DNA of 64,000 bases from Isurus oxyrinchus (Eukaryota), in NCBI GenBank assembly GCA_026770705.1, contig JANJGN010000020.1, positions 32,984,001 through 33,048,000 on the forward strand, written 5' to 3'. Under the pieces are notes generated by a model, which was not told the origin of the DNA, searched no databases, and saw nothing but the letters and a program-made list of their open reading frames with translations. Position 1 is the stretch's first letter; each line of letters begins with the position of its first letter. The translations under genes and the position numbers were made by a program. This document shows positions 48,840-61,545 of this stretch, piece after piece.

Positions 48840-50062
48840 GGCCTAGACTCATTGGAGTTTAGAAGAATGAGAAGCGATCTTATTGAAACATATTACGTTC
48901 TGAGGGGACTTGACAGGGTAGATAGTGAGAGAATGTTTCCTCAGTTTAAAAATATGGGGTCTCCCATTTAGATGCTCTTCATCCGATTTTTACCCAGATA
49001 GCATAAGAGGAAAACTGGCCCACTGACTTTGGTGGATAGTCTGATACTACCATCAGTAGAGAGCCATGTTTCTTCTGATACCAGGAAATATCATATCCTG
49101 TGGGTCTTGCACTGGCTTCAAGCTTGAAGATAGAAGTGATCAAAGCATTGGGGAAGCTGCTGGCATGTAATATTTTAGATAGAACTTTCTGTTGCTTCAA
49201 AATAGCCAATTTGAAAATAATTATCTCTCAGATCTCCAGAATGCCAGAATTTTCTCCTGACATCAATCTGATCTTAATTGGAATGTACGCTATTTGGCCT
49301 GAAAGTACTTTGTGACGTCCTGAAGTTGAAAATGGAAGTTTTTCTGCATATGTTAAGAGGGTGGGCAAAAATATGCCAGATGGGATATAACGTGGGAAGA
49401 AGTGATGTTGTTCACATTAGCAGAAGAATAGAAAAGCAGAATATTATTTAAGTAGAGAGGGACCATAGAATGCTGCAGTACAGATGGATCTAGGTTTCCT
49501 TGTACAAGTCACAAAAAGATAGCATGCACGCACAGCAAGTATTTAGGAAGGCAAATTGCAAGGGGGATGGGGTATAAAAATAGGGATAAGTCTTGCTACA
49601 ACTGTACAGGGAATTGGTGAGAACACACCTATAGTACTGTGTATAGTTTTGGTAATCTTACTTAAGGAGGGATATACTTGCATTGGAAGCAGTTCAGAGA
49701 AGGTTCACTAGTCTGATTCTTGGGATGAGGGGTTTGTGTTATGAGGAAAGGTTGAACAGGTTGGGCCTAAACTCATTGGAGTTGAGAAGAATGAGAGATG
49801 ACCTAATTGAAATATATTAGATTCTGAGGGGCTTGACAGGGTACATACAGCCAAGTGGTTATGGTACTGGGTTTGTAACCCTAAGATCAAGAGTTCAAAT
49901 CTCACAATGGCAAACTATGAAACAATGTAACTTCATCTGAAACAGATGGAAATGGGTTTGTACTCGAAAGAGTTACATACAGTGTAGATAAACAGAGAGT
50001 GCCCTCTCTTGCAGGAGCACAGTTCAAAAATATGGAGTCTCCCATTTAAGATGGAGATTTTT
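48840..50062 (+). mobile_element. CR1 RT/3' fragments (with SINE insertion 49851-49973)
   Basis: LGL.SLE.RRMR.DLIE.Y.IL.GLDRV motifs at ~48840-48930 and ~49760-49845; upstream RT C-terminal relic from 49350. Confidence 0.75.
49851..49973 (+). mobile_element. Short tRNA-derived SINE (tRNA-Thr(UGU)-like head) with structured tail
   Basis: A-box-like GCCAAGTGG, anticodon-arm-like GGG-TTTGTAA-CCC, B-box GAGTTCAAATCTC; 9-bp TSD TACATACAG (49842-49850, 49974-49982). Confidence 0.7.
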
Positions 50063-50065
50063 TTG

Positions 50066-50380
50066 GATGTGGGCATTGTTGGCATTTATTGCCCATCCCT
50101 AATTGCCCTTGTTCAGAGAGCAACCACATTGTTGTGGGTCTGGAGTCACATGTAGGCCAGACCAGGTAAGGACATCAGATTCCCTTCCTTAGTGAACCAG
50201 ATGGATTTTTACAATTGACAATGGTTTCATGGTCATCATTAGACTTTTAGTTCCAGATTTTCTAAATTGAATTTAAATTCCACCATCTGCCATGGCAGGA
50301 TTCAAACCCAGGCCCCCAGAGCATTACCCTGGGTCTCTGGGTTACTAGTCCAGTGACAATACCACTATGCCATCACCCTC
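50066..50380 (-). mobile_element. tRNA-derived SINE sharing its 3' tail with CR1-group family B
   Basis: Minus strand: A-box TGGCATAGTGG, B-box GGTTTGAATCC, ending GGGCAATTAGGGATGGGCAATAAATGC. Confidence 0.75.
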
Positions 50381-50409
50381 CCACCCATTACAGAAGATGA
50401 AGAGGGATT

Positions 50410-50705
50410 TAGAACCATAGAAAAGTTACAGCACAGAAGGAGGTCATTCAGCCCATCTTGTCCATGCCAGCCCAAGGATATCAGGTGCCCTTTCTAATCC
50501 CAGCTTCCTGCACCCGGCCCGTAGCCATGCAGCTTACTTTAGGTGCAGATCCAGGTCCTTTTAAAAAGAGTTTAAAGTTTCTGCCTCTATCACCAACTTG
50601 GGCAGCAAATTCCAGACACCCACTACCCTCTGCATAAAAAATCTCTTCCTCATGTCCCCCCTACACCTTCTGCCACTTATCTTGAATCTATGTCCCCTGG
50701 TTCTT
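50410..50705 (-). mobile_element. CR1 3' end
   Basis: Reverse complement of a CR1 C-terminus and tail (…GGAGG.CATTCAGCCCATC). Confidence 0.7.
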
Positions 50706-50714
50706 CTTTTCTCA

Positions 50715-52300
50715 GAGGGCCAGTTAACTACAGATCAGTTAGCTTAACATCTGTCATAGGAAAAATTTTAGAAGCTATTATTAAAGATGTTATGGCAGGG
50801 CATTTAGATAAATTCAAGGTCATCAGGCACAGTCAACATGATTTTGTGAGGGGGAAATCACATTTATCCAATTTATTGGAGTCTTTGAAGAAGTAACATA
50901 TGCTGTAGATAAAGAGGATCTGGTGGGTACACTGCATTTAGATTTCCAGAAGGCATTTGATGAGTTAACACATCAAAGGTTATGGTGAAAAATAAAAGCT
51001 CATGACGTAGGGGAGTAACATATTGGCATGGATAGAAGATTAGCTAGCTAACAGGAAACAGAAAGTAGGCATAAATGGGTCATTTTCTGGTTGGCAGGAT
51101 GTGACGAGTGTTGTGCTACATAGATTAGTGCTGGGTCTCAACTTTTTACCATTCATATAAATGACTTGGATGAAGGGATTGAAGGTACAGTTGCTAAATT
51201 TGCTGAAGGTACAAAGATAGGTAGGAAAATAAGTTGTGAAGAGGACATAAGACTACAAAGGGATATGGATAGGTTAATTGAGTGGGCAAAGATCTGACAA
51301 ATGGAGTATAATGTGGGAAAATATGAAATTGTAAATTTTGGCAGGAAGAATAACAAAGAAGCATAATGTCTAAATGGTGAGAGATTGCAGAGCTCTGAGG
51401 TGAAGAGGGATCTGGGTGTCCTAGTACCTGAATCGCAAAAGGTTAGTACACAGGTACAGCAAGTAATTAGGAAAGCTAATAGAATGTTATTGTTTATTGT
51501 GAGGGGAATTTGAATACAAAAGTAGAGAGGCTATACTTCAGTTATACAGGCCATTGGTGAGACCGCAAATGGAGCACTGTGCACAGTACTTGTCTCCTTA
51601 ATTACGGAAGGATGTAAATGCGTTGAAGCAGTTTGGAGAATGTTTACTAGACCTGGAATGTGAGGGTTGTCTTATGAAGAAAGGTTGGACAGTCTAGGCT
51701 CGTATCTGCTGGAGTTTAGAAGTGTAAGAATCAACTTGATTGAAACATATAAGATCCTGAGGGGTCTTGTCAGGGTGGATGTGGAAAGGGTGCTCCTCTT
51801 GTGGGACAATCTATTGTCTGTTTAAAAATAAGGGGTCACCCATTTAAGAAAAAGATGAGGAGGGATATTTCTCTCAAGGTCCTGAGCATTTGGAAATCTC
51901 TTCCTCAAAAAGCAGTGGAAGCAGAGTCTTTGAATACTTTTTAAGGCAGAGCCAGATAGATTCTTAATAAGCAAGGGGGCGAGAGGTTATTCTGGGTAGG
52001 TAGGAATGTGGATTTGAGGTTACAATCAGATCAGCCACGATCTTATTGAACGGTGGAGCCAGATGGAGGGGCTCCTAAATCGTATGTTTAGAATTCTCTT
52101 CCCAGTGAGCATGGAGGCTGGTTCATTGAATATACTTAAGTCTGAGTAAAATACATTTTGATGGACAAGGGAGCCAAGGGTTATGAGGGGCAGGCAGGAA
52201 AGTGGATTTGAGGCCACATTCAGGTCAGCCATAACTTTACTGAATGGAGGAGCAGGCTCGGTTTGTCAGATGGCCTATTCGTGCTCCTATTTCTTATTGT
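50715..52300 (+). mobile_element. 5'-truncated CR1 LINE (RT to 3' UTR) plus a second 3' end
   Basis: NYRSVSLTSVIGKILE…SQHDF…DFQKAFD…YINDLDEG…KFAEGTK…; tail GATCAGCCA.GATCTTATTGAA. Confidence 0.9.
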
Positions 52301-52912
52301 CAGGATCTTCCGGACGGTGAGCGGGGGCAGGGCCGCTCGCCCACACGTAAGATGACACAGGGTGAAGTTGGGCAGGTTTCCCGACGTCACCGCGCATCAT
52401 TTAGATTGTCAGTTCGGCGGGCGCATAGCCGAGTCGGCTGCTTACCCACCAAACTGTCAACGGCCACTTAAGGCCTTTAAAAAAGTAATTAAGGTAATTA
52501 ATGGACCTGCTCATCCAACCTTATGTTGGCGGGCAGGCAAGGAGGCCAGGCGGCCTTTAGAAAAAGCATGAAACCTTATCCACGGGCGGGATGAGGTTTC
52601 ATGTGGGATTTAAAAATGGAAGAATATTTCAAAATAAAAGAAATGGACATGTCCCAACTGATGTAACAGTGTCACATGAGAGGACATGGCAGTGAAATTT
52701 TTTTCTCAGCTTCATTTAAAGTTTAACATCTGAGCCAATCTCCCTGAGGCAGCACTTTGCATAGCGCTTCCTGGTGGACATCATGCTGGGTGAGCCTTAA
52801 TTGGCCCACCCATGTAAAACAGCAGCACGACCCCGATCTGGGGCACCAATCGGGAAACCGCCTGCCCACGTCCACTGCCACACACCCCCCTGACGGGGGG
52901 AAAATGTTACCC
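52300..52912. mobile_element. GC/CpG-rich MITE-like repeat
   Basis: CpG-rich, palindromic TTAAGGCCTTTAA and TTAATTGGCC motifs, …GGAAAATGTTACCC terminus; similar in design to 59483-60127. Confidence 0.45.
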
Positions 52913-53422
52913 CATGTTCTCTTTTTCTCTTGGTCATGTATAATGAGCCAATCAGGTGGCTTCTGTGCTGGCATGCAATAAAAGAGCACCGGCCCTGTCT
53001 AAGCACTTAAGGCTTAAGAGGGAGATATAATTCAGAGATTATATCATTTACCCTTCACAGTTCAACAGATGTAAACTGTAACAAGGGGAAATTGAAGTTA
53101 AGTACACTGGAGGGGTTAATGTAAAATGAACTATCTGGGATGTGTGACATCTATCAACCATCATTGTGCTATTGCTACTCTAGGTAAGGGACAGAGGAAT
53201 AATGATAATGATCTTTAGAATGACCATTTTAGAATGATAATGTCAGGAGCCAACTTAGCTTGAAGTTTTATTTTCTGAAGCTGATTAATAGCTTAACAAA
53301 ATTACAAAGGGATCATCCAGATCAGAGGCTTTTAGGAAGATTATTTATCTTGGATGCTATGGAGACCCACAGAGTAATAGAAAGAAACGGGCCGTATTCT
53401 GCTTTTGTGAGGGACAGGTACA

Positions 53423-53459
53423 AGTTCTGATGAAAGGTCATCAACCTGAAACATTAACT
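53423..53459 (+). ncRNA. Minimal hammerhead motif in an old PLE-end fragment (~53420-53545)
   Basis: AGTT-CTGATGA-A-AGGT(catca)ACCT-GAAA-CA-TT^AACT followed by the PLE terminus GATGCTGCCTGA.CTGCTG.GTATTTCCAGCA. Confidence 0.6.
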
Positions 53460-54069
53460 CTGTTTCTCTCCCCAGAGATGCTGCCTGATCTGCTGTGTAT
53501 TTCCAGCACTTGCTGTTTTTATTTCAAATTTCCAGCATTTGCTTATGTACTCATGGTTGTGGTTTTATCAGTGTGTTGCAAGGCTCAATGGAAACCTATT
53601 CACACTGCTTTCATTCATTTGCATCTTAATTTAGTTAGTTGTTTTGGATTCCATAGCTGATAGCCGCTATGAGATCTGAGAGTGAGTAATAAGCAGTGAA
53701 GTTTGGAGTTCAACAGCATCCTCGCAAAAGGATGGCAGAGATGATTGTGTCTTTTGCATCGATTGACAATATACCAAGTGTCTCAGTTTGCACGCTCATC
53801 AGTATTTTCTGTTAGGCCGCCCCATCAAAGTTCTCATCTGAGTCCTCTGCAGCAGAATTCATCTGCAACTTCGCCCTCTGTTGATCTGGCACAAATTCTC
53901 CTTTCTCCCTGACTTAGCTGAACCACTTTCATGCTCAGTCACTCATCACCTGCCAATCTCAACACTCTACTGGCCTATAAGGTACATGAAGAACCAATAT
54001 CTGAACCTGGCTGTAACTGTCAGACCAAGTAACTATGTTTCTGCATCAATGGTGTGGAGTTGCTCTCAC

Positions 54070-54795
54070 TTTTTGTCCTGGGGTTGCTGTGGCTGGGCAG
54101 GTGGTAGACCTTGGGTACCTGAAAACAAAATAGGAAAGGAAGGTTTGTTGTGAGGGTGTGGGGTGTAAAGCAAACTGCTACACTGCAGCTTGCACATCAT
54201 GCTAGATAGCAGGTAGTGGGTGGGATAGGAGTTGAGACAGATAATTAGGCAGCAACTTTTCATCATCCTGAATGCTCTTAGTAATGCCATATGCTATGGA
54301 CTCTGTCCCTTCTTACACAGCACCACCTCCTCAGTCAGGCTCAGGGGATAAAGGCGTGCCTGTCCCCTGTCAGTTCAGTTTTGCACCCTTCTATTGTGGA
54401 CAACCTTGTACTGTAAGAGAGAGGGAAGAATGTCAATGATTGTGTTACACTGTGTTTGATTGATATGTCCGCAACAGCTGAATAGCTTGGGATATGTGGA
54501 AGCAGCAGGAGGTGGATGTAAGGCTGGCATTAAGGAAGTGTGTAGGGTGAGGTGGAATATCAGATGTTGAGTGTGAGCCCTGCTGTGTATAGTGACTGCT
54601 GGGTGAGTGTGCATTGAGCAGTGTGAGAGGTTGGCGATGCAATGGGTAGGAAATATCCTTTGAAGATACATTCACAAACCTTGATTACTAACATGCAGTC
54701 ATTAAACCTCTTCTGTTCCTGCTGTCAGGTCCTAGGGGCCAGACTCGGGGGGTTCACCGACCTGGCCACCTGGTTGAAACATGTGCTAACCTTGC
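54070..54795 (-). pseudogene. Second Harbinger Myb/SANT gene relic
   Basis: FNQVARSVNP..LAPRT*QQ.QKRFND..LVIK|gtttgt…ttacag|YKVVHNRRVQN…LSLTEE; same exon junctions as 40500-41000. Confidence 0.7.
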
Positions 54796-54919
54796 AACCA
54801 ATAACCCCTCCCCTCCACTCCCCTCCGCCCCCCCCCCCACCCCTTCCCTGTGAGTGGTGACAAGCTGCTCGTTGAAATAATTTATATGAGAAGGTAGCGT
54901 GAAATTTACGTGACCTATC

Positions 54920-57842
54920 TGTTGGAGAGCTAATCTTCACACAACTTTTCTTAGTGGAAGCAACTACACACGTCCATCAAACCCCATAACTAAAGAAGTA
55001 TTTCCCTCTTTAGAGGTTCCCCACACTGCTAACACATTGGTTTACACAGATCATGTGATCTTATAGCACAAGATTATTCTTAAAGCTATAGACCAACATT
55101 TCCCAAAACTATAATTACTACATTCCTCCCCCTTTAACTTTTCTGTACATTTTGTATTTACAAGGATATTTATCTCATGACATTAGAATATTTAGAAAAC
55201 ATCATGAAATGACAAGTTCAGTCTTTCAGGTGGTTTCCTGATCCGTGCGAAATGCTGCAGTTCCACAACTTCAGATTCTTTTGAGGAAACATATTCTCTG
55301 GAACCACATTAACATCAGGTACCTCATTAAGCACTTGCAGTTGATAGTCTGCCGCTCTGATAGAGACATCAGGCATGCCTGTCCTTGGCTGAGCATCTTC
55401 AACAGGAACCAGTGGTTCTGTATTGGTTACAGGTTGAACAATATCTTGTTGTGATTTCTCTCTTTTTCTTAAGTAATCCACTTGCTTATGGGTGATCTGG
55501 CCCTCCGCTTCCACATGGTAGAACAATGGTCCGATCACTGAACTTACTTTACCAGGTAACCACTCCAGCCCTCCACTGAAATTCTTTACATATACTGCAT
55601 AAATTTCTTTACATAAATTGTCTCTCACAACCATGTAAATCATGCATTGGTTTTTGATTCCCTTGACTTTTCTCCACCTTCTCCTCCAAATTGGGAAGTA
55701 TTAGGCTCAGTCTTGTCTGAAGATGGTGTCTCATCAGTAATTCAGCATCTTCTTTATACATGTTATCTTTTTACCACAAAATTTAGTCTCAGTTTCTTTT
55801 AGACCTCACTATTAGCCAGACTTCTCTCAGATGCAATCTCAACTTATTTTGGTTCAGTAGCTGAATCACTCAAGACTTCATTATCTGCTCACCTCTTGGA
55901 AAGTTCTACGACTTTTGCTTTCAAAGCCTCTTTAGCTTCATTTAGCTGATTCTTCAGTTCTGTCTCTTACTTGTATCTATTGGCTTCCTCCTGGAAACCT
56001 GAATATTACTACGTCTTCTCTGCCAACTGGTTCTTCAGTTTGTTCAGATAGGTGTCAGATTCTTCCTGTTTTTCTTTGTACTCTTCCAGAGGCACAAACT
56101 TTGACCTGAGGGAACCTTGCAGTGGGTGGGTCCCCTTGAGTTTCTTCTGCTGTTCTTCCAATGGCGTTGTTTAAGATAGTCTACATTTCTTCAGTTTGTT
56201 GAATCCTTACACACTCCTCTTTCATCCTATTACAGTTCTTGGACTCTCCAGGCTCTTTTTGAAATAGCTTGCCTTGCTGCTTTTCCAAGACAGGAACTCC
56301 TCCAGCTTCCTTTTGAAATCTCGCTGGCCAATCAAGGTTGATTTCCCTTAACCAATTCTTCTGTAGAAGGCTTGTACCTTTGCGTTTCCGTACCATCACT
56401 GGTAGATATGCCAATTGGTTTCTATAATGAACAGTTGCTTTGGTGATACCTGTTACTTAGATTTCTTTGCCTGTATGCGTTTTCAACTTGGCAGATGTTT
56501 GTTCAAAATTTAATTGTTGATCACCTTTATTTAAATATCTGAAAGTGTGTTCTCCTATTACAGTGATGGAAGCTCCCGTGTCTACTTCCATTTTTACTGG
56601 TTTACCATTCACTTGCATGGTAACAAATATTGGCTCTGTCTTCCCAACGTTCATGCTGAATAATGAATTAATGTCTGAATTGGATTTTCAGGCTCATCTA
56701 CACTATAGTCTTCATTAGACTCCATTTGTTGTTTGGAGGCCTGTTTAAAATCTTGCTCAGCACTGTCTCATTATGTGTCCACTTCTGTGACAAAAATAGC
56801 ATTCCACTTTTTTATATTGCCAATCGCTAGAAGAATGATTGTTTCCACTGTGCCGAAAGTTATTTTTCAATTTAGTTGCTAAGCTGCTTCCTCTCAGTTA
56901 GCGGGTGCTGTTTCCTGCTTCGCTCCAGAGCCCTGACTTTTCACACCACTTTCGGCTGACTGTTCCCACCTGATTTGGGGTATGGCACTGCTTTGCGCCC
57001 CTTGAATTGCTTGTGAATGCCTTACAGTGCTTTGCATCACCAGTGCTATTTTTAATGCTTTCTTAAATTCAAGATTCACTTCAGCCAGTAATCTTCACTG
57101 AATAGAATCCTCCTGCACACCACATACTAAACAATCTCTGAGCATGTCATTCAGGGTTTCACCAAGATCACAATATTCCGTTATTTGCTTTAATTTCACC
57201 ATGTAGGTAGCAATTGCCTCACCCAGAGCTCTACTTCATGAATTGAACCTGAACCTTTGACCGATGGCTCAGGTTGAAAATATCCCTTAACGAGGTCTAC
57301 TAATTCACTGAAAGTCACTAAATCTGGGGCGCTGGGGGATGTCAAACTTCGAATCAAACGGTAGGTTTTGCTCCCACAAGTATTTAGGAGAATCGCTGTC
57401 TTCTCTTGCCCGATGATGTTGTTTACTTGAAAGAAGAATTCAAGTCATTCTATATACTGAGATCAATCATCTGTGGCTGGCTCAGAGGGATCATTCTGCC
57501 AAACTGTGGCATTTCAGATGAGTATGTCTTCTGTTATTTTTAATGAACTTAAATACTCACAATCACTGGGCAAGGCACAGCACTAAATCTGATTTATCCT
57601 CATCACCAGTTTGTTGCAGAGTTGATCTTCAGGCAACTTTTCTTAGTGGAAACATTTGGCTTTATTTACAAGACAGCAGTAGCAACTAAACACATCCATC
57701 AAATTCTATAACTAAAGAAGTACTCCCCTCTGTAGAGGCTCCCTATGCTGCTAACATTGGTTTACACAGATCATGTGATCTTAGAGCACAGGATTATTCT
57801 TAAAGCTGCAGTCCAACATTTTCCAAAACAATAATTACTACA
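54920..57842 (-). mobile_element. Gypsy (Mag-clade) LTR element with RT, RNase H and IN core replaced by a UACA-like coiled-coil module
   Basis: LTRs 57612-57842 and 54920-55122 (same family as the 8791 element); TSD CTATC/CTACC; PBS TGGTGATGAGGAT; PPT; gag, CCHC knuckle, protease MEVDTGAS, then foreign segment 55747-56237, then IN C-terminus AELLMRHHLQTRLSLI. Confidence 0.92.
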
Positions 57843-59482
57843 CTACCACAAAGAGAATGGAATGGGTAGGGGCAGAATGTGAATCATGTCCTTGTGCCCG
57901 AAAATGGTAGCAAATGAATTTTTTCCATAAATACCCACGTGCACTGTTGCTGAAACTCACGTCCGTTTCCTTGGTTAGTTTCCTGATCCTCAGGGAAACA
58001 CAGGCTGCTCAAGTTAAATTTGGAACCAAGTAAAGAGCTGTTTAAAAAGAGTTCACCTTCTAAGATGATAAATTGTCCCACTAAAATAACTGTCTGCCTC
58101 CAATTATGAATTCACCGACTTTGGCCAGCTTGTTTCTCAATGACGTTCATTGGGAGTGGGAGGGCAACCCGGAACTGGATGCGCTGGAGCCGGGTTGCAC
58201 TCCCACTCTAAAGCTTACAAATCTTCACCATGTTTCCCCCACCCCACAACTGATTTCAACTCTCCTTGACCTCGGTGTTAAAAGTTCACTCAGGTGTCCA
58301 TGCAACTTAGGTCACAATGTTAGGTTCCACTGCATTTTTACAATTACTACTTCTTTTCACATATTATAGGTAACGTTCAATTTAAACAAACAAAGAATTA
58401 CAAAATGCGATCCCTAAAAGCATTAATAAAAAAATCTATAGGTGTCTTAAAGAGATGGCCATCACTTTAGTCATGGGTCAATTTGCAGGTTTGTTTGTGA
58501 GCTAGCTATTTTGATGCTATGTCATCTTATTTTTAAAAGTATTTGTCAGCCATCTGCAACTGGTTTCTATTATTGGCAGAAGCCTAGAAGATAATGTATG
58601 TCCAACATGTCTGTCATGCCTGTTGGGCTGAAGGTGATGTCTGTTCACACTTCTGGGCAGTCTGAGAAACATCTCTGTATGTACTACCTGATATCACTAG
58701 CTGTCTGGAGGCTGACCTCTTAGCATAGTGTTCAATTTTCTGGCAGTAAAGAAGTTTATGTCCGTATTTGGTATTCAATTTCTTTGGTCAACTAGAAAGC
58801 GATGTCTGTACATGGTGTTCAGTTTGCCTGGTAACCCTACAAAGCCATGTCTGTGCAATGCCTGATACCACTGGCAGCGCTACAAGTGAAATCGTTACCT
58901 GCTGTCTGCTTTCCAAGACAGTCCGGAGGGAAATGGATATACAGAGGATCTTCCTGGCAGAAAAGAATGTAAGACCGAGATTTTCCACTTTGGGCGCAAT
59001 CGATGAACAAACTACACCCAGAATTGCACTAGTTCAGCAAAATTAAATTTTGCTCAAGTTTCCTTTCATGCTCATTTGCATACCGTTGAACATAGAATCT
59101 TCCATAAACCAGCATAATTGGGCAGAGTATTAGAATATAGCATTTTTTAAAATATTTCATTAAAAATATTCTTTTGACATATTTAAGAGTGGTAACCTAG
59201 TGCCGTTCTATTAATGCAGCTGAAAATGGATTTCTCACAAGAAATGAGCGTTTTTAATCAGAGTGCCCAGTCTATCACCATAGAGTAATCCAGTTTTAAA
59301 TGACTGAAAATGACTTTAAAACCATTTATTAGTTACATTGATGTATAGTTCAGTTTCTCAGTAAATTAATTTTTTTTTATTTCAAATGTTCCGAGTAGTG
59401 CCCTTGCACCTAAAAAGCAACTTAACTTTAAAAGCTTCCTCACAGGCCCAGACTGGCTCAATTAAAGGAAATTCACAATGGT

Positions 59483-60127
59483 GGGCTGGATTTACCTGGC
59501 CCATTGGAGATGGGCTGGGAGGTAGGATGGCTGGCAACATGGCAGAAGGGGAGCCAGCAGTCTTCTCATCACCATGCCATATTGCCAGCAGTGGGAAACG
59601 TGGCAGTGCAGCCACTTGCCTGGTGGCCAATTAAGCCACTTAAATGGCCAATGAAGGGCCACTTCCCAGCTCCATCAGCATTTTTCCCACATCACTATGA
59701 CCCACCATTGTGAGGGGAGACCAACAGCAGGTTCCGGGATGGGGTGGGGAGCCTCCTTTCTGGATACTCCATGGGTCATGTAGGGGTCCTCCGATGGCAA
59801 TGGGGCTGCCGGTGCACCACCACACAGCCACCCCCTCCGATTGCCAGGGCCTGCCTGGCCATGATGTCCCCCATCTTTGAGGTTGCCCCACATTTGAGGC
59901 ACCCTCACCCTGGAGCTGCAGCCTCTACACTAGGCACTGCTAATGGTGGCACTGCAGAGGCTGCCAGCCCTCTGATTGGGTCAGCAGCTCTCTGCGACAA
60001 GCCACAATCCTTAATTAGCCAGCAGTGACAATATACTGCCCAGAATCCTGCTACTAGACGCAGCAGGGTCAGCTTCCACTTTTGGCCCTGGTAGCAAGAC
60101 ATCTACTTTAATGAGAAAATTCTGCCC
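59483..60127. mobile_element. MITE (possibly Harbinger-derived)
   Basis: TIRs GGGCTGGATTT … AAAATTCTGCCC; GC-rich; internal GCCAATTAAGCCACTTAAATGGCCAAT motif. Confidence 0.55.
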
Positions 60128-61339
60128 AGTGATTAATTTTAACTGGGGATGTTGTCAGTTTTTGGGTGTAGCAAACTTCTAGTGTGATGTTTTTAAACTA
60201 GTTCAAAAGATCACAGTAAGTCAATTAGTGTTGGATTTAATGGTTAAAACTCCTCAACCATTTGTTCTGATTTGGACAATTTTGGGCAAATTGCAATGAA
60301 AAACTCAGGACAACCTAGCAGAAACTCCAGGCACATGGCATAATGTCTATATAATGCCTGATTTTCCTTTGGGTTTAGAGTAGGCTGTCCTTTCACTGAG
60401 TGTACAGACACCCAGTTCTCTCTGACAACCCTTCATGCAATTGCTGTTCATTGGTTTCAAATTATTTGCGTAACATAAAGAACCTGTACGAAACCTTTAA
60501 AAAAAAATCTGAAATTTCATCTTCCATTATTGAAATGAAGCAAACTTTGGAAAAAGCTTACCTTAAATCACCATGGTTGTTTCACACCAAGAACATGCTA
60601 TTCATAAATAAAGCAGTTTAAACTCGTCTGATGGCTAGAAGTTTGTGAGTAAAAACTAACATCAATCAAATTGCTTTCAGGAGGAGTCTGTTGTTATCAG
60701 ATATGCTGTCATTTGGAGAAGCCTGTGCAAGCATTATCGCTGTTTATATCTACTGGCAATACAAAATTCAATCTAGAAGAGTACAGACTTGCACACTTAC
60801 ATCCAAACACACACCACACGTTGGATACAGAATGTGGAGACCTTCTGAACAGAATCATCTTATTTTGGCATTATTTCCTCAAATCACTGTTCAATAGCTC
60901 ATCGTTCATTTTTGGTTGACATTTTGGGGGCTAATTTGGATAACCCCTGAAAGTGGGCACAAGAAACACAATATGAGATTACGCAACCACATTGACAGGA
61001 ATCAGTGGTGTTTCCTGCTATTTTGAATGGTTTTAGCATTCAGCCAGCACTAACCATGCTGTTCATTGACTGAGCAGGAGGCCAATATCACAGGAGGCTT
61101 CTTCTTGAATTCCCTGCCCAAAGGCAGTCTGACCACCTTGTCTTGACCTCCACCAGGCTTAGGAAAGGGAGTCAGATCCCAGATCCACCCCAGGCAGAAC
61201 AGGGATTGAACCCAGTGTTGTTGGCACCAATCTGATTCACACCAGTCATCCAGCCAGCTAAGCCAACCAGTTCCCCAAGGGCTATGTGATGTAATCTAGA
61301 GCTACAAGTAGTGATGGTAGAGACTCTAAGTTTCTTTCC

Positions 61340-61545
61340 ATCAGAATAAAATGCTTGGTTCATTTGGAAGCCTGCCAGAAAGACTGCTGTCAATTTGAAG
61401 GAGCATTGAGGAGACTAGCAGCAACTTGGCACAGCTTGGAGCACAGCCATTCCAGCGTGGAAGTGGTGGCCAACTCCATTAGCACAAATGTTAACCCAAT
61501 CATGATGGTTGATATCTCAGCTGCCATTGCAGCACAAGCAACTTT
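61340..61545 (+). pseudogene. Harbinger Myb-gene C-terminal exon relic
   Basis: CCAGCGTGG…CCAACTC…CATGATG…CTCAG.T.CCATTGCAGCAC aligns to the reverse complement of ~39545-39635. Confidence 0.45.

Noticed and set aside
49845-49915. Possible tRNA-Thr gene
   Set aside because: No acceptor stem, flanked by a TSD and inserted in CR1: a SINE head, not a tRNA gene.
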